56,310 nt of DNA from Caulobacteraceae bacterium (GTDB lineage: Bacteria > Pseudomonadota > Alphaproteobacteria > Caulobacterales > Caulobacteraceae), in the NCBI GenBank assembly GCA_031291685.1, contig JARLIP010000101.1:1-56310 (forward strand), in the 5' to 3' direction. Shown here in pieces: positions 10,468 to 20,866 of the stretch. The notes beneath the pieces are model-generated. The model was not told the DNA's origin and searched no databases. It saw only the letters and a program-made list of their open reading frames with translations. The stretch's first letter is position 1. Each line of letters opens with the position of its first letter. A program made the position numbers and the translations under genes.

Positions 10468-13400
10468 CTACTTCCCCGGGCTCGCCGGCGGCTTGGCGCG
10501 GCCGTAGTCCTTGCGCCAGCGGATCGACAGCTTGGCGCCCACTTCGCCGCCGATCTGCGAGACGAAGGACAGGGCCTTGGTGGCCTTGATCTCCACCTGG
10601 GCCGAAGCGCCTTGCCGGCCGCCCCCGGTCAGCTCCACATAGACGTGGTTGCCGATATATTTGCCGCCGGAGACCGTCACCCCGGTGCTGGAATCCCCGC
10701 CCCCAAGGGCCAGACGGTCCAGGCGGGCGAAGTTCTTCAATCCGCCCATCACGTCGAACCCGCCGCCGGTGGCCAGGGTGGTCAGGGCCGCCGCCAGCTG
10801 GGCGGCCTCCACCGGCGACAGCTGGGCCGCCGAGGTGCCGAACAGGACCTGTGACAGGACCTCGTCGTCCGGTCGGGTCGGTGTGGAGCTGAGGGTGATC
10901 TGCGGCTTGGCCGCCGTGCCCTGGATGCCGATGATGGCGGTGATGTTGGTGTCTTCCCGCGTCGCCTTCAGGTCCAGGCGGATCTTGTCCGTGGTGGTGG
11001 CCAGATAGACCACGCCCCGGTCGTCGATCTGGAAGCGTTTGCCAGCGAAGTCATAGTCCCCGCGCACGATCCGGGCGACGCCTTGCAGCACGGGGGCGCT
11101 GGTGGTCCCAACCACCTGGGCGTCCAGGGACAGCTCAGCGTCCAACCCCAAGCCCTTGACGAAGATCCGGCGCGGCGCGGTGATCTTGACGTTCAGGGCC
11201 AGGCCCGGCCCCAAGGCCGTCGGCGCCTGGATGCCGCCCCCAGGGGAATAGGGCTTGTTGCGCTCCACCACGTCCATGGTCACCACCCCAGGGGGAGAGC
11301 GGCCGGATTCCGCTGAGATGTCGGCTCGGTCGATGGTCAAGGCCCCGGACAGGATCGCCTTGCCCGCCGCGTCCCGCACCACGGTCACCGCGCCGGACGC
11401 GGTGGCCTTGGCGGTTTCATTGTCCAGCAGTTGGAAGTTCTTGGCGTTGAGGGTCAGCGTGCTGGAGGCGTTGGCCCCGAAGTCCATGCGCCCGTCCCCG
11501 GACAGCACCCCGGACTTGGCGTCCCTGGCGCTGAAGCGCTTCACGTCGATGGCGTCGCCGGTGATGTCCACCTCCGCCGTCAGTTGGCGCAGCTTCAGTC
11601 CGGTGGAGGCGTCTTCGAACTGGCCATTGTTCAGGGCGCCATGCCCGGTGATCCGCGGCGCGTTGATCGATCCGCCCAGGGCGCCCTCGGCCACCAGCTG
11701 GCCGCCCAGCTCCCGCTCCCCGCCATAGAACAGCTCCCAGATGGGTCCGAGTTCGCCATTGGCCGAGAATTGCCCCGCTATGGGTTTGGTGCGGTCGATG
11801 GCGATGCGGAAGGGCGCGGCGGCGGCTTCCGCTGGCAGGATCGCATGGAGCGTGGCGTGATCGGCGGTGGCGCCGGCGCCGTCCACCGTCGCGTCCAGGG
11901 TGATGCGGTCGCCCTCAAGCACGCCCTTGACCGTGCTGTTGAGGGCCAGCTTGGTGGGCGCATCGCGGCTGCGGGCGCCCTGCAGGCGCGCGTCCAGGGA
12001 GCCCTGCAGATGCTCGCCCTCCCCGCTCAGCGCCAGATTGGCGTCGAACCGGCCGGCCAGATCCTCGCCCAGGGTTCCCAGATCCACCCCGGTCAGGGCG
12101 GCCTTGGCGTTCAGTCCCGCCGTGGTCTGGCGCGCCTCGATCAGGGCGTGGCCGCCCCCGAGGGACAGGTCGAGCTTGGCGCTTCGATCGGCCCCCTCCA
12201 GCAGGAACTGGGCCGGATTGACCGTGCGAAAGTCCGTGCGCCGGAACCGCCCCTGGCCGTTGAAGCTGGCGGAAAAGCCCTTGGCCGTGCGCCCAAAGGC
12301 GCCGGAGCCCGCCACCTTGACCGGCGCCTGATCGGCCTGGACCTCGGCGTTGATGGTGTAGGGCAACAGGGCCAGCGGCCCATGGGCGGTGATCGCCACC
12401 GTATGCACCAGGGCGGTGGAGCCCTTCAGCAGGAGGTCGTGACCGCTCAGATCCAGATCGGCCTCAGGCGATCCGCCGCTCGGGGCCGTGACCTTCAGCC
12501 GGGCGTCGGCGCGCCCCTGGACCAGGAAGGCGCCGGGCCCCACCCCGACGGTCAGGTCCGCCGTGGACACCGCCCCGTGACGCAGGCCCAGGGCGCCCTT
12601 GGCCGCCGCCCCGCCGGCGGAGGCGTCCACATCGCTCAGCTCGACCCCATCGGCCACGAACTGGTAGCCCGCCTTGGCGCGAGCCGGGCCATACTGCCCT
12701 CCCGCCGTCAGGTTGAAGTCCCCGCCGATGGCGTTCGGGGCGCGGGCGATGCTCAGGGTCAGGTGCGCCCCGGTCAGGGGTAGCTGAGGCAGGTCAACGC
12801 GGTCGAAGTCCGCGACCAGATCGGCCTTGGGCGTCGCCCAGGCCCCGGTGATCGCGCCACGCCCCTGCGCCTTGCCGGCGATCTCCATTGGCCCGGCCGT
12901 GAACGGCCCCTGGGCCGACCAGTCCAGACCCAGCTTCAGCGCCCCGTCCTTGCCGATGGTTCCCTTGCCCGAGGCCTTGGCCGCCGCCCCCGTCAGGTCT
13001 GCCTTGGCCAGGACGATATCTCCGGCGTCGTAGGTCCCCTCCAAAGCCAGCCGTGGCGTGGCGCCCAGCAGGCGGTCGAACTGGCCAAGGCCCGCGACCA
13101 GGTTCGCCCCCTTGATGTCCGCGCTCAGCTTCCAGGGCTTCTTGCCGCTGGACTGCGAGGCGGACCATGTGGCGTCCAGCGCGCCCTTGGCCCCGGCCCG
13201 GGCGTTGGCCAGGTTCTCCAGATGGGCCTGCCCCTTGAAGTTCAGATCGCCCAGGAGGCCGATCGAGCCCGTGGCCTCGGCCCTCAGCCCCGCCCCCTGA
13301 GCCTTGACCGACCGCAGCAGATATCGGCCGTCAGGCAGGCGCGATCCGTCCAGATTAATGTGCGGCCGCGCCCCGGCCACAGTCGCGAGCAGCCCGTCCC

Positions 13401-14709
13401 CCTGCCCGCCCGTCCCGTCGGCGGTGGCGACCAGGCGATACTCGCGCTTGCGATAGGTCAGCTGAGCTGGCCCCGCCGCGCCGGCCAGGGCGTAGCCGGC
13501 CACGGACAGCTTCTCGGCCGCGACCTTGCCCTCGAAACGCCAGTCGTCCTGGGCGCCCTTCAACACTCCCGCCACATGGGTCGGCCCCACGACCGGATAG
13601 GACACTAGCCGCGACAGGTCCTTGGCGGTGACATCCAGCGCGATGCCGGCGTCCGAACGATGCTTGGCCGTGTCCATCGGACCCCGGGCCGACAGGCTCA
13701 CATTCTCGGTGGCCAGTTGCAGGCCGATCTCGCGCACCTTGCCCTTCACCGGCTTGTCGTCGGTGGAGAACACGAGTTCCGGCCCCAGGGCTTGCATCCA
13801 GTGGGCGGTCCAGGTGGAGGCCGCCAGGGACAGCCGCCCATGGGCCACGCCACCCGCCTTGGTCCAGGCCCCGCTGGCCTGGGCGATTTGCTGGACGCCG
13901 CTGTAGATGCTTAGGCCAAGATCCCCCTTGTCGAAGGTTCCGTTCGCCTTGGCGTCCAGGCGGAGGGCCTGGGCCACGGGCAGGCCAAGAATGCCGGCGA
14001 CAGCCCCGCCTCGACTTTCCCGGCCCCGGGCGTCAAGTTCGACCCGCCGGCCGACGCCCAAGTCGAAGGTGGCGTCCAGCCCGTCCCCCGGGTGCAGCAG
14101 GTTGCGCCCCTGAATGGCGCCGGCGATCCCGCCCTTGCGCTCCAGGTCCAGGCTGGCGTTGATCTGGAACAGCCCCCGCTCAACGCTGAAGGCCGGCAGG
14201 GTCTCCACCCGCACCGCCATGCGGTCGAGCACGATCGAGACCGGCATCCCTGCGGATCCGCCGCCTCCGCCAGCCCCCATGTCGGGGCGATGGCCCAGCA
14301 CCAGCTGGTCCATCAGCAGATCCTCGACGTGCAGCCGCCGCTGGAACAGGTCAAGGGGACTCCATTCCACCTTTAGCCGTCGCGCGTCGAGCCAGGCGCC
14401 CTTGCCATCCTCAATCGCCAGGCGGTCCAGGCTGAAGGCGTCCCAAAGATCCCCCTTGAGCCCGGAGACCCGCAGCCGCCCCAGGGAGCCCAGGGACAGC
14501 CCGTCCAGCCGCGCCACCACGAAGGCGCGACCGACATCCGTCTCAACCCCGAAACGGACCACCGCCATCATCGCCAGGATGACCATGGCCACACCGCCCG
14601 CCACCGAGGCGACCAGATAGCGCCAGCGCATGGACCGCTTTGGCCGCGTCGGGGCCGCCTGCGCCGTCTCCGGCGTCTCGGGAGCGGGATCGGGAGGCGC
14701 CTCGGTCAA
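10468..14709 (-). CDS. tamB: Translocation and assembly module TamB
   Basis: 1413 aa; N-terminal TM anchor, beta-rich body, C-terminal DUF490 motifs (GLGLDAEL, DEVLSQVLFG, GKYI); coupled to tamA. Confidence 0.9.
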   Translation of the reverse strand: MTEAPPDPAPETPETAQAAPTRPKRSMRWRYLVASVAGGVAMVILAMMAVVRFGVETDVGRAFVVARLDGLSLGSLGRLRVSGLKGDLWDAFSLDRLAIEDGKGAWLDARRLKVEWSPLDLFQRRLHVEDLLMDQLVLGHRPDMGAGGGGGSAGMPVSIVLDRMAVRVETLPAFSVERGLFQINASLDLERKGGIAGAIQGRNLLHPGDGLDATFDLGVGRRVELDARGRESRGGAVAGILGLPVAQALRLDAKANGTFDKGDLGLSIYSGVQQIAQASGAWTKAGGVAHGRLSLAASTWTAHWMQALGPELVFSTDDKPVKGKVREIGLQLATENVSLSARGPMDTAKHRSDAGIALDVTAKDLSRLVSYPVVGPTHVAGVLKGAQDDWRFEGKVAAEKLSVAGYALAGAAGPAQLTYRKREYRLVATADGTGGQGDGLLATVAGARPHINLDGSRLPDGRYLLRSVKAQGAGLRAEATGSIGLLGDLNFKGQAHLENLANARAGAKGALDATWSASQSSGKKPWKLSADIKGANLVAGLGQFDRLLGATPRLALEGTYDAGDIVLAKADLTGAAAKASGKGTIGKDGALKLGLDWSAQGPFTAGPMEIAGKAQGRGAITGAWATPKADLVADFDRVDLPQLPLTGAHLTLSIARAPNAIGGDFNLTAGGQYGPARAKAGYQFVADGVELSDVDASAGGAAAKGALGLRHGAVSTADLTVGVGPGAFLVQGRADARLKVTAPSGGSPEADLDLSGHDLLLKGSTALVHTVAITAHGPLALLPYTINAEVQADQAPVKVAGSGAFGRTAKGFSASFNGQGRFRRTDFRTVNPAQFLLEGADRSAKLDLSLGGGHALIEARQTTAGLNAKAALTGVDLGTLGEDLAGRFDANLALSGEGEHLQGSLDARLQGARSRDAPTKLALNSTVKGVLEGDRITLDATVDGAGATADHATLHAILPAEAAAAPFRIAIDRTKPIAGQFSANGELGPIWELFYGGERELGGQLVAEGALGGSINAPRITGHGALNNGQFEDASTGLKLRQLTAEVDITGDAIDVKRFSARDAKSGVLSGDGRMDFGANASSTLTLNAKNFQLLDNETAKATASGAVTVVRDAAGKAILSGALTIDRADISAESGRSPPGVVTMDVVERNKPYSPGGGIQAPTALGPGLALNVKITAPRRIFVKGLGLDAELSLDAQVVGTTSAPVLQGVARIVRGDYDFAGKRFQIDDRGVVYLATTTDKIRLDLKATREDTNITAIIGIQGTAAKPQITLSSTPTRPDDEVLSQVLFGTSAAQLSPVEAAQLAAALTTLATGGGFDVMGGLKNFARLDRLALGGGDSSTGVTVSGGKYIGNHVYVELTGGGRQGASAQVEIKATKALSFVSQIGGEVGAKLSIRWRKDYGRAKPPASPGK

Positions 14710-16499
14710 AAGCTTTGCCCGATGCTGAAATAGAGCTGGATGGGGGCGTCCCCGTGCCGCTGGTGCAGGGGCGTGCCGATATCCACCCGGATCGGGCCAA
14801 AGCCCAGATTATAACGAACCCCAACCCCGATCCCGATGTCCGGATGGCTAAAATCGGGGGTCACCTGCTTGCCCGCCGCGCCGGCGTCGATGAAGGCCAC
14901 CGCGCTCCACTTCTTGGTGATGGGCTGGCGCACCTCCAGCGAGGCCTCCACCAGGGACAGGCCGCCCTCGGGGGTGTTGTCTGGATAGCGTGGCCCCACC
15001 GCCTGATAGGCGTAGCCCCTCACCGATCCGCCGCCGCCCGCATAGAATCGCGCCGGCGCCGGCACCCGGGGAATGTCCCCGCCGACGATGGCCCCCAGCT
15101 TGGCCCGCCCGGCCAGGACTGTGCCCAAGGCCCCGTCCAGGGGCAGGTAGGCCGACAGCTGGGCCGAGGTCTTCAGATAGGCGATCGAGCCGTCGCCCAT
15201 GGCGTAGGTCGGTTCGGCCCGGGCCCCAAGCCGCCAGCCGGAGGTCGGGTCCAGGGGGTCGTTGGACTTGTCGAGATTGAAGGCGCCCAGGACCGAAAAG
15301 GTCAGCAGATTGCGGCGACGCCCCGAGGCCACGAAGTTCGCGGCCTCCTTCTCGTCGGTGATCGAGTCGTCCAGAGACACCCCATAGGTCAGGTAGGAGA
15401 TCTTGCTGAACTTGTGCGTCAGATCGGCGCTGAGCACCCCCCCGGAGGAGGTATAGGCCGTGGTGTCGTCGCGATAGAGGGCGGCCGTCAGTTTCAGGGT
15501 CTGAGCGGCCTTGCCAAAATGCGGGATCGCCAACTCGGTCTGCAGCCGGCTGTCCAGCTGAGCGATCTGCAGGCTGGTGGTCAGGGTGTCAGCCCGCTTC
15601 AGGCGGTTATAGACGATCCAGCGACTGTCGACGCCGGCGCCTTCGGTGGTCGAATAGCTGGCGCCCAGCTCCAAGGTGCCCTTGGGCCGGTCGACCAGAG
15701 AGACGATCACCGGCCTCTGACCGTCCTTGGTCCGCGCCGCCGGCGCCAGGGTGACGCTCACCGTGTCATAGGCGCCGGTTTCCACCAGCCGCCGCTCCAG
15801 TTCCGCCACGGCCTTGGGCTGATAGCGCTGGCCGCTCTTCCAGGGCACGAGCTTGCGCAGCCAGGCCAGTCGGGTGCGGCTGCCCCCGCTGACCTCGATG
15901 CCGTCCATCAGCACCGGGGCGCCGGCGGCGATCTTGAAGATCGGCTGCACGGTCTTGTCCGCGTGATCAACAATGACCGTCCGGGGCTTGGCCTCGGCGT
16001 CCGCATAGCCCTGCCGTTCCATCACAGCGACGATGCGTCCCTCGGCCGCGATCACCGTCTCGGCGCGCCCCGGCTCCCCCAGCTTGAGCGCCATGGCCTC
16101 AATGGCCGCCTGGGCGTCCGCGGCGGCGGGGACCGCGCCCACCCACTCGATCTTGGGATCAACGATCTTGGAGCGGGGGCCAGGCGTGACCGTGATGAAG
16201 GCCACGGGCGTGTCGCCGTCGCCTATGTCAGCCTCGACATCATAGTCGTAATATCCCTCGGACCGCAGCAGGGCGATCGCCCGCTCCCCGGCGTCGGTGG
16301 CCCGCCTGCGCGCCTCCAGGCGGCTGGCTGGAGCCGTATTGCTCTGGGTGATGACCGCCTGAATCTCCGCGCGCAGGGCGCGGTCGTCCACGCCCCGCAC
16401 CTCAACGCGCGAGGTCGCCGCGAGCGCCGGCGCGGCGACCGCGCAGGCCACCACAAGGCCCACCCCACCCATGGTGGCCGCGCTGCGGACAGATCCCAA
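14706..16499 (-). CDS. tamA: Omp85-family autotransporter assembly factor TamA
   Basis: Signal peptide, POTRA region, RFYAGGGGSVRGY, C-terminal YFSIGQSF. Confidence 0.92.
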   Translation of the reverse strand: MGSVRSAATMGGVGLVVACAVAAPALAATSRVEVRGVDDRALRAEIQAVITQSNTAPASRLEARRRATDAGERAIALLRSEGYYDYDVEADIGDGDTPVAFITVTPGPRSKIVDPKIEWVGAVPAAADAQAAIEAMALKLGEPGRAETVIAAEGRIVAVMERQGYADAEAKPRTVIVDHADKTVQPIFKIAAGAPVLMDGIEVSGGSRTRLAWLRKLVPWKSGQRYQPKAVAELERRLVETGAYDTVSVTLAPAARTKDGQRPVIVSLVDRPKGTLELGASYSTTEGAGVDSRWIVYNRLKRADTLTTSLQIAQLDSRLQTELAIPHFGKAAQTLKLTAALYRDDTTAYTSSGGVLSADLTHKFSKISYLTYGVSLDDSITDEKEAANFVASGRRRNLLTFSVLGAFNLDKSNDPLDPTSGWRLGARAEPTYAMGDGSIAYLKTSAQLSAYLPLDGALGTVLAGRAKLGAIVGGDIPRVPAPARFYAGGGGSVRGYAYQAVGPRYPDNTPEGGLSLVEASLEVRQPITKKWSAVAFIDAGAAGKQVTPDFSHPDIGIGVGVRYNLGFGPIRVDIGTPLHQRHGDAPIQLYFSIGQSF

Positions 16500-16757
16500 T
16501 CCTTGCTCCTTCGGGCGCGAGTCCCGTTAGGCCCCCAGGTGGATTTAACCGCCCGGCGCGCGCCTGTCACGGCCCGCGGATGCAGGGTCAAAAACACGCT
16601 CGGAAGGCTGATCGGCGTATCTTCGGCGAAATGGGCGCCTGGCGCCGTATTTTTAGGCGCCGTCCACGAGCCTCATTGAACTTGACCTGAGTTTGATGAT
16701 TTCGTCGTGGGAGAGCCTAGCGTGCGGACTGTCGTTCAATGTCAGCACGGATCATCG

Positions 16758-18272
16758 ATGCAAAATCTGCGGAGCCTAGACAGCGTGGACAGATTTCGAA
16801 TCGTGGAAACGTCCCGTGCGTCGCTCGCGCCTGAACGCTATCGACCCGAGCGTTTCTACGATGAAATGTTCGCCGCCGACGGGACGGTGCGCCCGCATTA
16901 CGCAGCGCTGGAGGAGCGGATCGCCACCCTGACCCCAGCCGAGCTGGGCGAGCGGCAGCGCACCCTAGAGCAGTCCTTCCTGCTGCAGGGCATCACCTTC
17001 ACCGTCTATGGGGCGGAAAACACCACCGAGCGGATCATTCCCACCGACCTTCTGCCGCGGATCATCCCCAGCGCCGAATGGGCGCGAATCGAAAGCGGCC
17101 TGACCCAGCGCCTTCGGGCCCTCAACCTGTTCCTCGCCGACATCTACGGCGCGCAGAAGATCCTGGCCGACGGGATCGTGCCCCGGGATCTGGTTCTGGG
17201 CGCGCCCTCCTATCGCCGGGAGATGCGCGGTCTTTATGTGCCCCACAACAGCTATGTGAACGTCTGCGGCTCGGACCTGATCCGCGACGGCCAGGGCGAG
17301 TTCGCGGTGCTGGAGGACAATCTGCGGGTGCCCTCGGGGGTGTCCTACATGCTGGCCAACCGGGACGCGGCCAAGCGCACCTTCCCCGGCACCTATCGCG
17401 CCGCCGGGGTTCGCCCGGTGGAGCGCTATCCGGACCTTCTGCTCTCCACCCTCAAGAGCCTGGCCGGCGACTGGCGGCCCAATCCCCAGGTCGTGGTCAT
17501 GACCCCGGGGGTCTATAACTCGGCCTATTACGAGCACGCCTATCTGGCCCGCCTGATGGGCACGCCCCTGGTGGAGGGGCGCGACCTCGTGGTCCACGAC
17601 AACATGGTCTATATGCGCACCACCGAGGGCCTGCGCCGGGTGGATGTGATCTATCGCCGGGTCGATGACGACTTCATCGACCCCCTCACCTTCCGCCGGG
17701 ATTCGAGCCTTGGGGTGGCGGGGCTGTTCAATGCCTATCGGGCGGGCAATGTCGTGATCGCCAACGCCCCCGGAACCGGGGTCGCCGACGACAAGGCCGT
17801 CTATGCCTTCGTGCCGGAGATCATCCGCTACTATCTGGGCGAGGACGCCATCCTGCCCAATGTGGAGACCTATCTGTGCCGTGAAGCGGCCCAGCTGGAC
17901 CACGTCCTGGGCAATCTGGACAAGCTGGTGGTCAAGGCCGTGGGCGCCTCCGGCGGCTACGGCATGCTGGTCGGCCCCCACGCCACCCAGGCCGAACGGG
18001 ACGATTTCGCCGACCGACTCAAGGCCGATCCTTCCAACTATATCGCCCAGCCCACCATCCAGCTCTCCACCGCCCCCTGCCTCGTGGAAGGCGCCATCGA
18101 ACCGCGCCACGTGGATCTGCGCCCCTTCATCCTTGCGGGACAGAAGATCGTGGTCACCCCCGGCGCCCTGACCCGGGTGGCCCTGAAGCGGGGCTCCCTG
18201 GTGGTCAATTCCAGCCAGGGCGGGGGGTCCAAGGACACATGGGTCCTGGCCGACGGGGAGCAGCAGCCATGA
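16758..18272 (+). CDS. Circularly permuted type 2 ATP-grasp protein
   Basis: GITFTVY, LEDNLRVPSGVSY, YRRVDDDFIDP, ANAPGTGVADDK, NSSQGGGSKDTWV. Start uncertain (16758 or 16785). Confidence 0.92.
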   Translation: MQNLRSLDSVDRFRIVETSRASLAPERYRPERFYDEMFAADGTVRPHYAALEERIATLTPAELGERQRTLEQSFLLQGITFTVYGAENTTERIIPTDLLPRIIPSAEWARIESGLTQRLRALNLFLADIYGAQKILADGIVPRDLVLGAPSYRREMRGLYVPHNSYVNVCGSDLIRDGQGEFAVLEDNLRVPSGVSYMLANRDAAKRTFPGTYRAAGVRPVERYPDLLLSTLKSLAGDWRPNPQVVVMTPGVYNSAYYEHAYLARLMGTPLVEGRDLVVHDNMVYMRTTEGLRRVDVIYRRVDDDFIDPLTFRRDSSLGVAGLFNAYRAGNVVIANAPGTGVADDKAVYAFVPEIIRYYLGEDAILPNVETYLCREAAQLDHVLGNLDKLVVKAVGASGGYGMLVGPHATQAERDDFADRLKADPSNYIAQPTIQLSTAPCLVEGAIEPRHVDLRPFILAGQKIVVTPGALTRVALKRGSLVVNSSQGGGSKDTWVLADGEQQP

Positions 18273-19213
18273 TGCTCGCCCGCGTCGCCGACAGTCTCTA
18301 CTGGATCGGCCGCTATATCGAACGGGCCGAGCACCTGTGCCGCATCAGCGAAGTGATGCTCACCGCCACCCTGGACGATAACGAGTCGGCCACCGAGGTC
18401 GCCCGCATCGCCCTGGCCGCCATTGGCGACCACGAGGAGTCCGAGGAGATCCTCACCCCCGTGGAGCAGGTGCGCAATCTGCTGTTCGACCGGGACGATC
18501 TCGGCTCGGTGGGCGCGTCCCTGTCCCGGGCCCGGGAGAACGCCCGTCAGGTACGCGACCAGATCACCACCGAGACCTGGGAGCGGCTCAACATCCTCTA
18601 TCTGCGGGTCACGGGCCCCTATGCCGAGCAGGAGTTCGCCCAGAGCGCCTCCACCTACCTGCACGGCATCATCGCCGACCTGCACCTATTCAAGGGGGCG
18701 GCAGACGCCACCATGAGCCATGGGGAAGGCTGGCGCTTCCTGCTGCTGGGGGTTCACCTGGAGCGGGCTCAGCGCATCGCCCGGCTGCTGGACGTCTGCT
18801 TCGGCGACCATGCCGGCCCAACGCCCATGACCGACCACCTGGCTCAGATGGCGGTGCTGCGCATGGCCTGCGCCCTGGAGCCCTATCTGCGGGTCTATAC
18901 CGCCGAGATCCATCCGCTCTATGTGCTGCAGTACCTGTTGTTCGACGAGGACTTCCCCCGCTCCATCCGCTTCTCCACCGCCCGGATCCAGGAATATCTC
19001 GACAAGCTGGCGCCCCGCTCCACCGTCGTGAGCCGCGCCGGCCCCGAGCGCCTGGCGGGACGCCTGAACGCGCGGCTGGAATTCGCCGACCTGGACGAGA
19101 CCCTGGGCGCCAGCGCCATCCTGGGCGCGGTGGTGGCGGAATGCTCGCGCATTCACCACGCCGTGTACGAGACCTTCATCGACTATCCGCTCGAACAGCG
19201 CCTACCGGCCTAG
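18269..19213 (+). CDS. Alpha-E domain protein (DUF403)
   Basis: MLARVADSLYWIGRYIERAE, two ER motifs, FPRSIRF; ATGA-coupled to the ATP-grasp gene. Confidence 0.92.
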   Translation: MMLARVADSLYWIGRYIERAEHLCRISEVMLTATLDDNESATEVARIALAAIGDHEESEEILTPVEQVRNLLFDRDDLGSVGASLSRARENARQVRDQITTETWERLNILYLRVTGPYAEQEFAQSASTYLHGIIADLHLFKGAADATMSHGEGWRFLLLGVHLERAQRIARLLDVCFGDHAGPTPMTDHLAQMAVLRMACALEPYLRVYTAEIHPLYVLQYLLFDEDFPRSIRFSTARIQEYLDKLAPRSTVVSRAGPERLAGRLNARLEFADLDETLGASAILGAVVAECSRIHHAVYETFIDYPLEQRLPA

Positions 19214-19220
19214 GGACATC

Positions 19221-20210
19221 ATGCTCCTCGAAATCCGCCACCTCACCCAGTACCACTACGCCGTCCCGGTGCGCGCCAGCGTGATGGAGCTTTGGGCCCA
19301 GCCGCAAAAGAGCCCGCAGCAGCGCCTGATCAGCTTCGAGCTGGAGGTCGAGCCCACCGCCCAGCTGTTCTCCTATGTCGATGCCTTCGGCAACGCGGTT
19401 TACCACTTCGACGTGCCCCAGCCCCACGACCGGCTGGCCATCGAAAGCCGCGCGGCGGTGGAGACCGAACCCCACGCCCCCCTGCCCGAGCGCCTGGACA
19501 TGGGCGAGTGGGACCGGATGCGCAGCGAGTTCGTCAAGGGCGAGTGCTTCGACTTCCTGCATCCCCACGGCTTCGCGGTTCAGACCCCGGCCCTGGCCGA
19601 ATTCGTCGCCAAGCGCGGCCTGGACGGCCTGCGCACTCAGGATCCCCTGACCGCGGTCCTGGCCCTGAACCAGGCTCTCTATGAGGCCTTCGATTACGAG
19701 GCGGGGGTCACCGGCGCCGACAGCCCCATCGACCACGCCCTGGAGGGCGGTCGCGGGGTCTGCCAGGACTTCGCCCACATCATGATCGCCATCTGCCGGT
19801 CCTGGGGCATCCCCGCCCGCTATGTCTCGGGCTACCTGTTCACCGACCGCTCCGAAGGGGGCGACCGTTCCGATCCAGACGCCACCCACGCCTGGGTCGA
19901 GGTCTATCTGCCCTCCCTGCGCTGGGTCGGGCTGGACCCCACCAACAATGTGGTGGCCGGCGAACGGCACGTGGTGGTGGCCGTGGGCCGCGACTATGGC
20001 GACGTGCCGCCCTCGCGCGGGGTGTTCAAGGGGGATGCGGAGAACGAGCTGATGGTGGCCGTCAGCGTCCGGCGCGCTCGCGCCGCCGCCGCCGAACCGG
20101 AATTCATGCGCCTGGCCCGCCCCGCCTTCGCCAACGCCGCCGTCCGCCGCCGCGCCCTGGCCGCCCTGCACCAGCAACAACTCGAACAGCAACAGCAACA
20201 GCAGCAATAA
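19221..20210 (+). CDS. Transglutaminase-like protein with C-terminal poly-Gln tail
   Basis: Catalytic triad motifs GVCQDFAH, HAWVEVY, LDPTN; GRDYGDVPP; ends HQQQLEQQQQQQQ. Confidence 0.92.
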   Translation: MLLEIRHLTQYHYAVPVRASVMELWAQPQKSPQQRLISFELEVEPTAQLFSYVDAFGNAVYHFDVPQPHDRLAIESRAAVETEPHAPLPERLDMGEWDRMRSEFVKGECFDFLHPHGFAVQTPALAEFVAKRGLDGLRTQDPLTAVLALNQALYEAFDYEAGVTGADSPIDHALEGGRGVCQDFAHIMIAICRSWGIPARYVSGYLFTDRSEGGDRSDPDATHAWVEVYLPSLRWVGLDPTNNVVAGERHVVVAVGRDYGDVPPSRGVFKGDAENELMVAVSVRRARAAAAEPEFMRLARPAFANAAVRRRALAALHQQQLEQQQQQQQ

Positions 20211-20251
20211 GGTCGTGACGCGCGCCTGGCCACGGTGTAGCGCCGGGCGCC

Positions 20252-20725
20252 ATGACCGACGCCAATACCCCGATCCTCTATGTCGACGCCGACGCCTGCC
20301 CCGTGAAGGAGGAGGTCTATAAGGTCGCGCGCCGCTATCGTCTGTCGGTCAAGGTGGTGGCCAACAGCTTCCTGATGGTTCCCAAGGAGGCCCTGATCGA
20401 GCGGATCGTGGTCGAGGCCGGCCCCGACATCGCCGACGACTGGATCGCCGAGCGCGCCGGCCCCGGAGACATCGTCATCACCTCCGACATGCCGCTCGCC
20501 GCCCGTAGCCTCAAGGCTGGCGCCCAGGCCCTGGCCTCCAACGGCCGGCCCTTCACCGTCGACTCCATCGGCCAGGCCCTGGCTGGCCGGGCCATAGCCG
20601 AGCACCTTCGCTCCTTCGGCGAGACCACCGGCGGGCCGCCGCCCTTCTCCAACGCCGACCGCTCCAAGTTTCTCTCGTCCCTGGACGAGGCCGTCCACCG
20701 GGCCCGGCGGGCCAAGCCGCGATAG
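20252..20725 (+). CDS. YaiI/YqxD family protein (DUF188)
   Basis: YVDADACPVK, ADDWIAE, DIVITSDMPLA. Confidence 0.9.
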   Translation: MTDANTPILYVDADACPVKEEVYKVARRYRLSVKVVANSFLMVPKEALIERIVVEAGPDIADDWIAERAGPGDIVITSDMPLAARSLKAGAQALASNGRPFTVDSIGQALAGRAIAEHLRSFGETTGGPPPFSNADRSKFLSSLDEAVHRARRAKPR

Positions 20726-20734
20726 GCCGGCGAG

Positions 20735-20853
20735 CCCCCTCCACCATGCTTCGCATGGTCCCCCTCCCCCAATGGGGGAGGAATAGGTTCGGCGCTGACC
20801 TTTTCTAATACCTCCCCCATTGGGGGAGGGGGACCGCGAAGCGGTGGAGGGGG
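20735..20853. repeat. Alphaproteobacterial REP/RIME-like palindromic intergenic element
   Basis: Arms 20735-20781 and 20811-20853 are near-perfect inverted copies, each with internal hairpins; lies between convergent genes. Confidence 0.8.
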
Positions 20854-20866
20854 TTCTCGCCGCGCC

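Noticed and set aside
14640-16679. 679-aa plus-strand ORF, and similar long antisense ORFs (4521-5975, 45454-46947, 48561-50222, 54248-55804)
   Set aside because: Shadows of well-supported genes, expected in high-GC DNA.
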